From a bacterium (GTDB lineage Bacteria > CSSED10-310 > JAJRTK01): a stretch of DNA of 49,649 nt. Positions 10,301-19,700 of the stretch are shown piece by piece (position 1 is the first letter of the stretch; each line of letters starts with the position of its first letter). A program made the translations under genes and the position numbers. The notes beneath the pieces are model-generated. The model was not told the DNA's origin and ran no database searches. It saw only the letters and a program-made list of their open reading frames with translations. The stretch spans positions 1 to 49,649 of the forward strand of contig JAJRTK010000459.1 of the NCBI GenBank assembly GCA_024278345.1. Direction: 5' to 3'.

Positions 10301-10504
10301 ACCGGAACAGCAACGTGGACACCGATGGTCCCGCCATCCGCAACAAAAACCTCTTCACCAACACCAAAGGAACCGCAGGCAACCGCCACGGCCACGTCAA
10401 CTCCTCTGATCCGATCTGTAGACGCACCGCCCTCCACGGGGCTATTGCTCCTCTTGCTACCTCTTTTGGCACTCCCCTTGATCTTCCGGCGTGGGCCGGG
10501 GTAG
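7364..10504 (+). CDS. Secreted/surface protein: beta-rich N-terminal domain, PPC-like and putative Ig domains, Thr/Pro stalk, C-terminal TM anchor
   Basis: PSD.HLAVGP.HV..MVN, WADYP.LG and RWGDY motifs; GPTGMTIDSATGVVSW (He_PIG-like); TPTPT-rich linker; LLLLLLPLLALPLIFRR tail. Start uncertain. Confidence 0.8.
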   Translation: MKNRQPTRSTGCSISSAISLTRDSFHFCCLPLPSAAIRPPPVACLIFAILFFGGPAEAVPHKAPSSGLVAPVTTTWAEVFRRQAELRARPDRERQPSISPYISRMEYQYPDLIIAERKRIADFEAAVRRAIANGEEPPRFWQPYDPEVDQMDASAEEVPPAGSSAEVGPPEGSRSGPILAPSPYANWSGLSDTGRPSDSHLAVGPAHVGIMVNKELAFYTKDGTMVRGPVNYEAWWSSAPVPNDLFDPKIVYDSQNGHWIMLAINGRSGDPETYFAISVSQTSNPEGVWWTWYLRSDMDGGTDTALWADYPGLGFDSGDMTTSTTTGGAVYITSNQFDSSGSFQYAKLRVVAKHQLYTGGNVGWWDFWGYSHNLIPVFTWKPAVTMSSTGTSPTEYLINSLSAGTFGIANYVVKWRVTQPLSASGPTLSGGDTVSTNSYSVPPAAKQLDGGSTILIDSNDCRTQDLQYRGGYLYLAIGDASDFGSGDVEAVIHVFKINASSNNVVWDNRYGANNLYYSYPNIMADADGDVIIGFSRSGSTIYPEVRVTGRLSTDTQIQGSALVKAGEAMYNPTTDQVDRWGDYNGVGVDCAGDGKGGWVMSQYGVSSNTWATWVGGSSFGSPNVLHLNEGDSLWTSTAPRYFTWKIYSYDWAGTAIYNSLGGDNDLAVSDTCPFGVPYQSSTYGTDVRDFVVANGAQYGTVYHHSRVTHYGGASGYRIEARNQATDRSVGSTATDSLASSELMDLFEVTLVSGKSYAAVVDIQDGTADLDLWAFKGTRQSGRRGDNDGSSQTTGAGLDETLAFTASESSKWGFVVLNENFGSSNYTFRVWLAPIVAAIGDETIAGGLAYTGPTPSLTEGTPSVAWSLSTGPTGMTIDSATGVVSWTSPTAGTHTISIQADNPAGSDSESWLLTVLATPTPTPSDTPTTTSTPTVTETPTQTLTPTKSPSPSNTPTMTLTLTGTITPLATATETQLSPTQTGTATWTPMVPPSATKTSSPTPKEPQATATATSTPLIRSVDAPPSTGLLLLLLPLLALPLIFRRGPG

Positions 10505-10592
10505 GCCGTGCCTGGCGGAGACGTCGGGGTGAGACTCACCCGGATCTCTCGTGGTTTATCTGCCCCATTAGTTGGATGCAATGGCCTTTTGC

Positions 10593-10857
10593 GGGTATCC
10601 ACGCAAGGCGGGACATTCCCGGGACTGTGGAATCGCAAGCGTCCGGGCAACGCCTCGCTATCGCTCGGCGGGTCACGCCGCGCGTTATCCGAAGGTGGTC
10701 CGGGGATTCCATCCCCTGGCAGGGCTTCGCCCTGCACCCACCAGGGAGCACGCAAGGACCCGTTGCAATGAAAAGCAACGAGTTCCCCACCCACGTTTTT
10801 GTACGCCGCGCGTCTTTTTTTTGGTTTTGTTGCGTGTCCCGGCTTAGGTGGATACCC
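10593..10857 (+). mobile_element. MITE family A, complete copy (265 bp)
   Basis: Imperfect 23-bp TIRs GGGTATCCACGCAAGGCGGGACA / TGTCCCGGCTTAGGTGGATACCC; exact 9-bp flanking duplication GCCTTTTGC (10584-10592, 10858-10866). Confidence 0.85.
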
Positions 10858-11090
10858 GCCTTTTGCAGAGCCGAGGGCGGCTGTGCCCCCCCTACATGCC
10901 CCCCCCCGCGGGCAGCGCTCTTCGGTTTCGGATTGGAAGCTCAAACGAAAGGCGTGGTAAAGATTGCTGATGGGCAGCTTGACGGCAGGCACCATCTAAA
11001 AACTAGGAGGTGGTGGGCGGTACCAACCGAAGGAAGAATCGGCTCCGCTCCGCCCACCACCGATGACCCCCGCCGAAAATTTGGAGGCCA

Positions 11091-14000
11091 GTGATGATCC
11101 GGCAACCACGGCAACGGCAAGCCGCGACAGAACCTGCTTACGGGCCGCGAACTTTCTCTTCGGGAGATCTGCGCAAGACCCGGCCTCCAAGGTGGCCTCT
11201 TCTGTTACTCCTGGGGGTTTCGGCGGTTTCTCTGCCGGCATTTGCAGGCGGGCAGCCGGCTTTTCCCATGAATGGCCATGCGACGCTGAAATCGACGCGC
11301 TTAGCGGCCACGGGTCCGGGAGAAACCTTGCTCGATGTCTCGGATTTCGGCAGATACGCCATCACGGCGAAAAGCGCCCAGGGTGTGGCCTTGCAGATCG
11401 TGGACCGGATGAGCGGTCCCGGTAAGCTCCATGGAAAAGCGGGAAGGGAAGATGGTCGGCTGGATCTGTTTCTCGATGGCGGAAGTTACCTGGTGCGGAC
11501 CTTCGCCGCCGCGACGGGATCTGGCCAGGTAGAGCTGGAAGCCGCTGGTTTCCGGGAACGAAACCTTCAGCCTCTGCCCATCCTGGAGAAATACAAGCTG
11601 GTTCGGTCTCACTTGAGGGATCTGGAGCAGCGTTCCTATTGGCTTCAGGTGGGAGGGCGTGGATGGGTGACACTGGAGGGGGCGGGCCGGTATTTGGCGG
11701 ACCTTCGGCTTTGGCGAGATGGGAGCTGGCTGGTGGGCAGCGAGCCCGAAGTCACAAGGCTTGAGTCCGACCCAGAGCGCCCGCTGGTGAATTGTCGCTT
11801 GGCAGCCGAGCTGGAGCCCGGGCTCTACCTGGTGACGTTCTACGGTGGTCCGGGGCTTACCTGGAGCGTCGAAAGCAAGGACTCCCCGCTCTATGTTCGT
11901 TTCGGGATCCCGGAGCTCCCGGCAGAGGGCCGGCGGCGGTTCGAAGTGAGCTCGTTCGGCATCGATCGCTGGCTTGTTCCAGGGCGGAGCGACCATTTCC
12001 GGCTGGAGCTGCCCAAAGCCCGGGAGGCCCGGCTTGGGGTGGGCTGGTATACCACGGAGAACCTGTTCGAAAACGACATCTGGACCGGTGATCTCGACAA
12101 GCGCTCGAATCCCCCACTCATTGAACTGAGCGCGACAGCGGATTCGACGCGAACCCACCTGGTGACGGTTACCGGGCTGGCGGGACAGCCGTACGTCCTG
12201 GAGCATTTTCCCACATCCAAGCCCCCGACACTGGGGGGCGACAGCGGGCGGTTCTGGCTGGAGACTCTCTCATCGGGTGACCCGCGGGATTCCTTGGACT
12301 CTACCTCGCTCATCCTCCGCCGCCGGCAAGATAGGAAAAGAAACTGGAGTCAGGAGGTTGTGGCCCACACGGCCCTGGAGATGGGGGAAAACATAGGTTT
12401 CGTCAGGCGCTTCAACCTGCTGGGCACCAGCACGCTTTTCTTGGAGGTTCTGGATCGCGGGAGCTACGGAGTCTGGGTCGAGGGAAACGGCTCGGCCCTC
12501 GTCCGGATCGAGCCCTACTTTCCTGAGCCTCCGGAGCACTATTCACCGCCACCCTTTCAGGCAGAGGGAGCCGTCTTCGAGCTCGATCCGGGGCTACATG
12601 TCGTGACGCTGAAGGCCATAGAAACGGGAAGCATCGAGCTTGTCGTGGCCACGGCGGCGGGAAAAACCGGCGAAGCCAAGGCACCTGGCAAGGCGGAACG
12701 GAGGCGCATGGAAAGAGAGAATCCACGGCAGGGAGCCTCCATCTACCAGGCATTCGAGGTCGATGGGTCAGCGGATTATCAAATCGTTGGGAATCAGAGG
12801 CCCGGGATCATCCACGGTTTTCTGCAAAGGCCCCTCCCTCTGGACCTTCAAGCCGCCCTTCCCGTGGTTCAGAAAGGAAACAGCACTCTAGAGCTTCCCG
12901 TCCTTGTCCGAGAGGGATCGGTCCTTCACGTCCTGGGAGACCATGGCCAACCGGTGCCCTTCTCTCTCGATGGGACCCCGAAGAGTGGGGAGGCCCTGCT
13001 CTCTCCCGGTGGCTACCAGGTCTCCATTGAGAATCCCGAGAACACGCCTCTTGTCTATTCCCTGTACACCGTCCCTCTCCGCCTCGATCCCAAGACGCCC
13101 CTTTCCACATTGCCGCCTCGGGCCCTGGAGAAGCTCCCGAGCTTCCCGATCCTCCAAGCGGGAAAACCACTGGCGCGGGACCTGGGAGCCAGCCAAGAGG
13201 CGACATTCCTTGTGCGGGCTGACGAACCCCGACTCTACCAGATCCAAAGCACCGGTCTCCTGGCAACCAGTGGAACGCTTCGGACCCGGATGGTCCCCGA
13301 CCTGGCCAGGAAAGCCCGCAACGGAGTGGGCCGCAATTTTCTGCTGCAAGAATACCTTCGGGAAGGCGACTACCAGGTGACGGTAAAAACTCTTGGCCGC
13401 TCCGCGGGCCATCTGGGGTTGGAACTCTTGGAGACTCCCCTGCTCCAAGGCGGGGTCCTGCGTGAGGGAGAGCCATCGAGAATCCGGCTGAATGCCGGTG
13501 AAGCGGTGGAATACTGGTTCACGATCCCGGAACGTGCCTTCTACCGTCTTCGAGGAATCGGCCAGAACCGAAGCTTTCGCTGCCGGCTGGAGGATTCGGA
13601 AGGTTGGCCTCTCCTTCGCCCCGACAGCCCCGCCGACATCACTCGGGAGTTCGAGGCGGGCCGCTATCGCTTCATCCTGCTCCCCGAATCAGTGGAAACG
13701 CGACGCCTGGCACTCCTTGAAAAGAAGCCTGAAGCACCGAAGCTCACGGGCCACGGTCCTCATTCAGTTCCGCTCGGCAAGAAGGTCTCCCACGTGTGGC
13801 GGGAACCCGCGGGACAAGGCGAGCGGCTCCCCGATATTTGGGAGTTCAAGCTTCCAGCCCGAGCGGATTTGAGGATCCTTCCCGGCCGGGAAATGGAAGG
13901 CGAGCTAAAACAGTGGACGGAGAATCATTGGACCGGTCTCCACCAGGTTTCCCCGCGCGGTTGGCACGGGCGCCTCGATGCGGGCCGTTACCGCCTGGAG

Positions 14001-16487
14001 GTAGCCTGCACCCGCGATAACGATTTATGGGACTATGAGATCAAAGTCACGACGGAGCAACTCGTAGCGGAGACCTCGAAACCGTTAACCGCTCCGGGAG
14101 ATTTGGGCATCGCCATGGGAGAGAGCGGTCAGGTGGAGATTAGCTCCCTGTGCGACGACGATGTCAGTGGGACCTTGAGGAAGGAGGATGGCAAGCTCAT
14201 CGCCCAAAATGATGATCGGCCCAACGACTGGAACTTTCTTCTCTCCACCGCCCCGGGACCCGGGATCTATAACCTGACGGTGACGCCGGTGGGAGCGGAC
14301 TCGGCCAACTGTATCATCTCCATGCGCCGGCCTAAATGGACAGCGTTGCCGCCGGTTCAAGCTCCAGGCATCCTTCACGTGACCCCCGGCGACTCGATCT
14401 TGGAAATTCCTCTGGAGCTTCCAAGCACCAAGGAGCTCCTCCTTGCCGTCGCTGATTCCGCGACCCCCGTTGGAATCGCTCTGGAACGCCTCCAAGAAGG
14501 CAATTGGATCGAAGTCACTGGCGAGATGGCCAGGCAAGCGGAAAGCGGAGCCCCGCTGAAGGCCAAAGGTCATCAAGCACGGATCGAAGCCCTACTGGAC
14601 GGTCGTTGGCAACAAACGCGCCTGCGGGTCTGGTCTCCTGATGGAGATGGGTCACCGGTCACGATAGGACTCTACACTGCATCCCCGGAGGCCGTCCCCG
14701 AAGCAGAGCTGGAAAGAGGCCTCACATTGGCTGGAATTGGCGTTGACGCCCCTGTTCTGGCCGTGGCGGCAGTAGACCTGGAAGCACCGGGGATATTCCG
14801 GCTTCAATCGACGGGGAATGACCTGCGTATTTGCCAGCCGGGAATGGCGGTTTGCCAGAGAATCGAGGGGAAGCTGATCTCCCTTGGGAAGGGCAAGAGC
14901 TGGTGGATCCTGCCACCGTCGCCGACTCTTTCGGTGTCCGCGAAGAGGGTTCATCTGGAGAAAGACGAATTGAGTCTCTCCCTTGATGGGCTACCGCGCA
15001 TTGTTTGTGACGTCGCCCCAAAGAAGCCGGGACCATTCCTCGTGCGTGCCATGGCCCAGGTGGGACAGCCCGGCCTCGCGCTTTTGCCGGACCCTGGGGG
15101 AATCCTGCCGGGAAGTGGAAAAAGAGACCGAGAGGGCCAGATGGCCGTCAGCACCAGGAGCGCGGTGGTGGTCAGTCCCGGCGGGGAAAGGGGAGCCCTC
15201 TTGTTGTGGAATGCGGACGAGAGCCAGCCTTTGGGGGATCTGCGCCTCCGGCTGTGGAGTTTCGATCCCCCCACGGAAGAAGCCGTCGAATGGGGTTCAT
15301 GGAGCCGTCGTCTAGAGGCTGGCACAGCCCACCGCCTGGAACTGCCGGAGGGACTTAAACAGGTTCGCCTGGCTCTAGACGCGGAGGTCGCCGCGGCATT
15401 CTCCCAGAGCGGAAAGATCCTCAGCACGCATGTTGTGGCGAGCTCTCCTTCCCAAGAACTCCTGGAGACGACGGCCAGAACCGTGACGTTTCTCAACCCG
15501 TCCGAGACAGGCCGATTCTACTCTTTGGAGCTGCTGCCCCAAAACGACGGCCGCCAGTTGGTCGTCTCGCCCGCCAAGCCGTTTGAAGGAGGCTCCTGGA
15601 CCGGGGAAAAAGTTCGGCTGGAGGTCTCCGCGCCTAAGGCCAACAAGGGGAAAACGCGGCTTCGCATGGGAGGCTGCGCGGAGAATGCGCTTCTTGTGGG
15701 AGCTAATGGAACGGTAGCGAGAGGAATGGAAATGACCATCACGAGCTCCCTTTCCACCCTGCTTTTCCAAAGAAAAAAATGCCAAGTCATGGCTTGGATT
15801 GAAGAGGGGCAAATCGGGAGCTCTGGCCCCTGGCCAACAACCGCCGCGCCCATTGGGGCATCGGCGCCAGCAACGGGCCAACTGGAGCTGCGCTCCCAAG
15901 CCATGGCGATAGAGTTCGCGCCTCCCCGGGGAGCAACCGGTGCAACGCTGGTACTCTTCCGGACGGCAACCGCGGTTGCCTGCCGCCAAGGCTCCGGCCT
16001 CGCACCGATGATCACCTCCCATCCGGAGGGAGCCTGGCTTCCCATGTTCTTTCCCTCTGGCCGCGGGACTCTTGAGCTTCGGCCCCTGGAGGGCAAGAAT
16101 CTCTGGGGGTTCGGGAGCTTTTTGACGGTGCTGCCCGAAAGCCTGGGCGAAGGGCCCAACGGGGAGCTTTTTTTGGGCAGGGGCGAGGCACGTCTCTTTT
16201 CTTTCGAAGTCCAAAGGGCCGGCCCGGTAGGAATCGGAATTCAAAGTTCCTCTGGCACCGTAGAGGCCGATCTCTACGACCACCAAGGCAATTTGTTGGC
16301 AAAGGGTCTAGCCATGATGCCAAAACTGGAACCGGGCCTTCACTACATCGTCGTTTCTGTCCCCCCTGAAGGAGCTCCCGGCAACGCCCGAATTGCCATC
16401 GTGGGCCTTGAGCAGCCCGGTAGTGGGCCACCTCCAGATGTAGTCCACAACTATTTGGAAGCCGAACAGAGGAGGGGTGAACAATGA
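11091..16487 (+). CDS. Very large exported hypothetical protein (multiple beta-sandwich/PPC-like modules), neighbour of alpha-2-macroglobulin
   Basis: 1798-aa ORF, signal peptide RWPLLLLLGVSAVSLPAFA, repeated L..G.Y.(V/L) strands, QNDD motif; no recognisable catalytic motif. Confidence 0.8.
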   Translation: MMIRQPRQRQAATEPAYGPRTFSSGDLRKTRPPRWPLLLLLGVSAVSLPAFAGGQPAFPMNGHATLKSTRLAATGPGETLLDVSDFGRYAITAKSAQGVALQIVDRMSGPGKLHGKAGREDGRLDLFLDGGSYLVRTFAAATGSGQVELEAAGFRERNLQPLPILEKYKLVRSHLRDLEQRSYWLQVGGRGWVTLEGAGRYLADLRLWRDGSWLVGSEPEVTRLESDPERPLVNCRLAAELEPGLYLVTFYGGPGLTWSVESKDSPLYVRFGIPELPAEGRRRFEVSSFGIDRWLVPGRSDHFRLELPKAREARLGVGWYTTENLFENDIWTGDLDKRSNPPLIELSATADSTRTHLVTVTGLAGQPYVLEHFPTSKPPTLGGDSGRFWLETLSSGDPRDSLDSTSLILRRRQDRKRNWSQEVVAHTALEMGENIGFVRRFNLLGTSTLFLEVLDRGSYGVWVEGNGSALVRIEPYFPEPPEHYSPPPFQAEGAVFELDPGLHVVTLKAIETGSIELVVATAAGKTGEAKAPGKAERRRMERENPRQGASIYQAFEVDGSADYQIVGNQRPGIIHGFLQRPLPLDLQAALPVVQKGNSTLELPVLVREGSVLHVLGDHGQPVPFSLDGTPKSGEALLSPGGYQVSIENPENTPLVYSLYTVPLRLDPKTPLSTLPPRALEKLPSFPILQAGKPLARDLGASQEATFLVRADEPRLYQIQSTGLLATSGTLRTRMVPDLARKARNGVGRNFLLQEYLREGDYQVTVKTLGRSAGHLGLELLETPLLQGGVLREGEPSRIRLNAGEAVEYWFTIPERAFYRLRGIGQNRSFRCRLEDSEGWPLLRPDSPADITREFEAGRYRFILLPESVETRRLALLEKKPEAPKLTGHGPHSVPLGKKVSHVWREPAGQGERLPDIWEFKLPARADLRILPGREMEGELKQWTENHWTGLHQVSPRGWHGRLDAGRYRLEVACTRDNDLWDYEIKVTTEQLVAETSKPLTAPGDLGIAMGESGQVEISSLCDDDVSGTLRKEDGKLIAQNDDRPNDWNFLLSTAPGPGIYNLTVTPVGADSANCIISMRRPKWTALPPVQAPGILHVTPGDSILEIPLELPSTKELLLAVADSATPVGIALERLQEGNWIEVTGEMARQAESGAPLKAKGHQARIEALLDGRWQQTRLRVWSPDGDGSPVTIGLYTASPEAVPEAELERGLTLAGIGVDAPVLAVAAVDLEAPGIFRLQSTGNDLRICQPGMAVCQRIEGKLISLGKGKSWWILPPSPTLSVSAKRVHLEKDELSLSLDGLPRIVCDVAPKKPGPFLVRAMAQVGQPGLALLPDPGGILPGSGKRDREGQMAVSTRSAVVVSPGGERGALLLWNADESQPLGDLRLRLWSFDPPTEEAVEWGSWSRRLEAGTAHRLELPEGLKQVRLALDAEVAAAFSQSGKILSTHVVASSPSQELLETTARTVTFLNPSETGRFYSLELLPQNDGRQLVVSPAKPFEGGSWTGEKVRLEVSAPKANKGKTRLRMGGCAENALLVGANGTVARGMEMTITSSLSTLLFQRKKCQVMAWIEEGQIGSSGPWPTTAAPIGASAPATGQLELRSQAMAIEFAPPRGATGATLVLFRTATAVACRQGSGLAPMITSHPEGAWLPMFFPSGRGTLELRPLEGKNLWGFGSFLTVLPESLGEGPNGELFLGRGEARLFSFEVQRAGPVGIGIQSSSGTVEADLYDHQGNLLAKGLAMMPKLEPGLHYIVVSVPPEGAPGNARIAIVGLEQPGSGPPPDVVHNYLEAEQRRGEQ

Positions 16488-16540
16488 TTGGGAAACTTAC
16501 CAACAAAGTGGACCGCAGACCGTCCTTCCCCAAAAATCAG

Positions 16541-16717
16541 GGGTGTCCAGATAAGGTGGAACTTACGAAAAAGCAAGAAAACGCACGGCGCCCAACCGGG
16601 CAAAGCGAGAGTCGTTCAAGGCGATCCGTCCATCACCAGATCTCCCGCCCTGTTCCGGGCTGGGAGAAGCTGGGAAGAGGCTGCCAGAACGAATTGTCCC
16701 GCCTTGGATGGAACCCC
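16541..16717 (-). mobile_element. MITE family A, divergent inverted copy
   Basis: Ends GGGTGTCCAGATAAGGTGGAAC and TGTCCCGCCTTGGATGGAACCCC match the family A TIRs; flanking duplication eroded. Confidence 0.6.
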
Positions 16718-16753
16718 CAAAGAGAGGCCGGCACCGGGATTTAGGGCCAATGG

Positions 16754-19700
16754 ATGGGGACAGGGGTGAAAGGTGCGAGCAGCGGGCGACGGACTGCGCC
16801 CGATGTGAGCGGAACACAACTCTCCAAGCTCCCATTGGTTGCCCTGACAACCTTATTCCTTGCTGTTTCCAGCGGGACTTTTGTCATGGCGGCGCCAGTT
16901 GAAGCTCAGGGACCCGGCGCGAAAGCCACGGCCACCATCGTTCCCGACAACTTCCTGCGGCGCTGGGATCCCATCACGATCTTTTTCCCGGAAGAGCTTG
17001 GACCGGCAACGGGTGGACCGGAAGATGAGCCCCATCGCTTCGTATCACTGACTCCGGCGCATCCCGGTGCATACCGGTGGCTCGATTCTAGGACGTTACA
17101 GTTTCGCCCGGTCGAGCCTTGGCCTCCATTGGAGCAGTTCACCGTGGAAGGCGGCAACCGGAAGCTCTCTTTAGAGACACTGATGTCGCCGCCGGTTCGG
17201 ATGTTGCCCAGAAATGGCACGACCACCGGTCTTGCGCCCGTTGAGCGGATCACCTTGGAGTTTTCTGAGCCTCTTGATCCCGCGGATCTGGCCAAGATTC
17301 TCCGGATCGAGCTCCGCCCGTCGCCCGGGGTGATCTCTGCCGATTCCCGCTGGCTGGACGAGCGAGATTTCGAGATCAAGGTCCAGGAACGGAGCTCACG
17401 CTCTTCTCTGGCCAAATTCGTCATTCTCCTGCGCCACGCGATCCCCACGGCCACAAAGGTCGTTTGCCATTTTCGCCTATCCTTGGCCGATAGCGGCGAT
17501 GAATCTTTCATGAGCCTCTGGTTTAGGACTCCCGGGTCTTTCCAAGCCACGCGGCTCGGGTGCAAGGGCAGCATGCTTCCGCTCTCGCCGGGAGGCATTC
17601 GATACACAAGAGACCAGGCTATCTCCTGCGCCCCAAGCGACCGCGCCATCCGGGTCCGTTTCTCCGCGCCATGCCAGCTCGGCCCGGTGGAGGCCAGAAA
17701 CTTCGTGCGAATCAGCCCGGCCGTGGAGGGGCTTGAAGTGGCGGGCAAGGGCAAGGTATTGGAGCTACGCGGCAAATTCCACTCCGAGCAGCTTTATCGG
17801 GTGACTCTCCGCCCAACGAAGCTCACGGATGCGGCAGGCCGGTCGCTAGAGATGTCGGGTTCGAACGAGGTCTACCTCTTTTTTCCCAGGGAGGACCCGT
17901 ATCTCCGCTGGCTCAAGGCGAACGGAATCGCCGAGCGCTTTGGCCCGCAAATGGTCCCCTTGGAAGGTCGCGGCTTTGCCAAGGGCGATCTGAGGATCCA
18001 CAAAATCGATCCCCTTGACCGCTCTTTTTGGCCGATGCCAGGCCGCCGTGTGACCGTAGACGAGTCAAATCGCCCGCCCGGGCCCGGCGAAGAGCCCGCT
18101 CCCTTCAAGGAACCCGCGAGATCCATCTACACCAGCGAGATTTCGAAGCAGATTGCAGCCCTGGGTTCCCCCGCACTCTCGACGATTGTCTCTCTTCCCC
18201 TGGCCTCTACGGATCGAGCGGCCAGCTTCGGCCTTGACCTCAAGCCCTATCTTTCTAGGATTTCTGGAAAAGAGAAACCGGGAGCTTATCTTCTTGGCCT
18301 GAGGAAGCTCGACAAGTCAAGTCAACGTTCCTGGATGCGCCTTCAGGTCACCGATCTCAGCTTGACCACCGTGGAAGAAGCAAAGCGCGTCGTCTTCGTG
18401 GTGACCTCCCTCTCCACGGGTCGCCCGGTCGCCAAGGCCATCCTTCGCCTGGAAGGCGCAAAGCGTGATCGCCAGAGAAAGTATAGGTGGAAGACCCTTT
18501 TTTATGGAACGACCGATGCCCAAGGGCGCTGCGTCTGGCAGGCTCCGGGCAAAGAGCGGCGAAGCTCCTGGAAGATCAAGAGGCTTGTGGTCCGAAAAAG
18601 CGTTGATACGCTGGTTCTCAACACAACCGAGCCCCCCGAGGCCTATCATGACAATGTCTGGTCCAGGGACTACAGTACGTGGCTCCAGTGGACGACAAAC
18701 CAGCTTGTCTGGCGAGGCCCTCAACCGAAACCGATGGTTCATATTTTTACCGAACGTCCTCTGTACCGCCCCGAAGAGGCGGTACATATCCGGGGCTATG
18801 TTCGGCAATTCGACGCCGGGCGCCTCACGCCCATCGTTCCCGATGCAAAGCTAGTCGTTGAAGGTCCGGGCGAACTCAAATGGACGAACCCTGTCCAGTG
18901 GACTTCAAAGGGCAATTTCTACTTTCGTTTTCAGGAAAAGAAACTGCCCACGGGGCGGTACAGAGCCTACCTGGAAATGCCACGGGGCTACAGATACGAC
19001 TCCGTGACCTTCAGGATGGAAGCTTATCGCCTGCCGCGCTTCGAGGTGGAGCTTCACGCCCCCGACACAGTTCCCATGGACCGTGAGTTCAAGGTTCGCC
19101 TCACGGCGCGCTACTATGCCGGAGGCAGCGCAGCCAAGCTCCCGGTGAAGTGGCGGATCTCGCAGTTCCCCTACACTTGGACCCCCGACAAAAGAGAAGG
19201 CTACGCATTCTCTTCCGACAGCCGCTACTCCCGCACGAATAGATTCGAGGGGGGCAGTGTTGTAGAGCAAAGCACCACTGACGAAGGTGGTTCCGACCTC
19301 CTGAGCCTGAATCCCGCTGGCGAAGCGACGGCGCAACCCCGAAGCTACATCGTCGAAGCTACGGTAACGGGCGCCGATGAACAGACCGTCACCAGCACGC
19401 GGCGCATCCTGGCCCTTCCGCCATTCGTTCTTGGCATGAAGGTGGCGCGCTACCTGGAAGAAGGAACCGAGCTCAAACCCGAGATCATCGTCGTTGGACA
19501 CGATGAAAAACTCATTGCCGCCAAGAAGTTCACTCTCCGCCTTTACCACCGGCAGTGGCACTCTTATCTCGAAGCCTCGGACTTTGCCGATGGAGTCCCC
19601 CACTATCGGACCGATGTCGTGGACAAGCTCGTCCTGGAAAAGAGCCTCATCAGCTCTTCAAAGCCCCTGGAAGTTCCCCTAGAGATCGCGGAAGCCGGGG

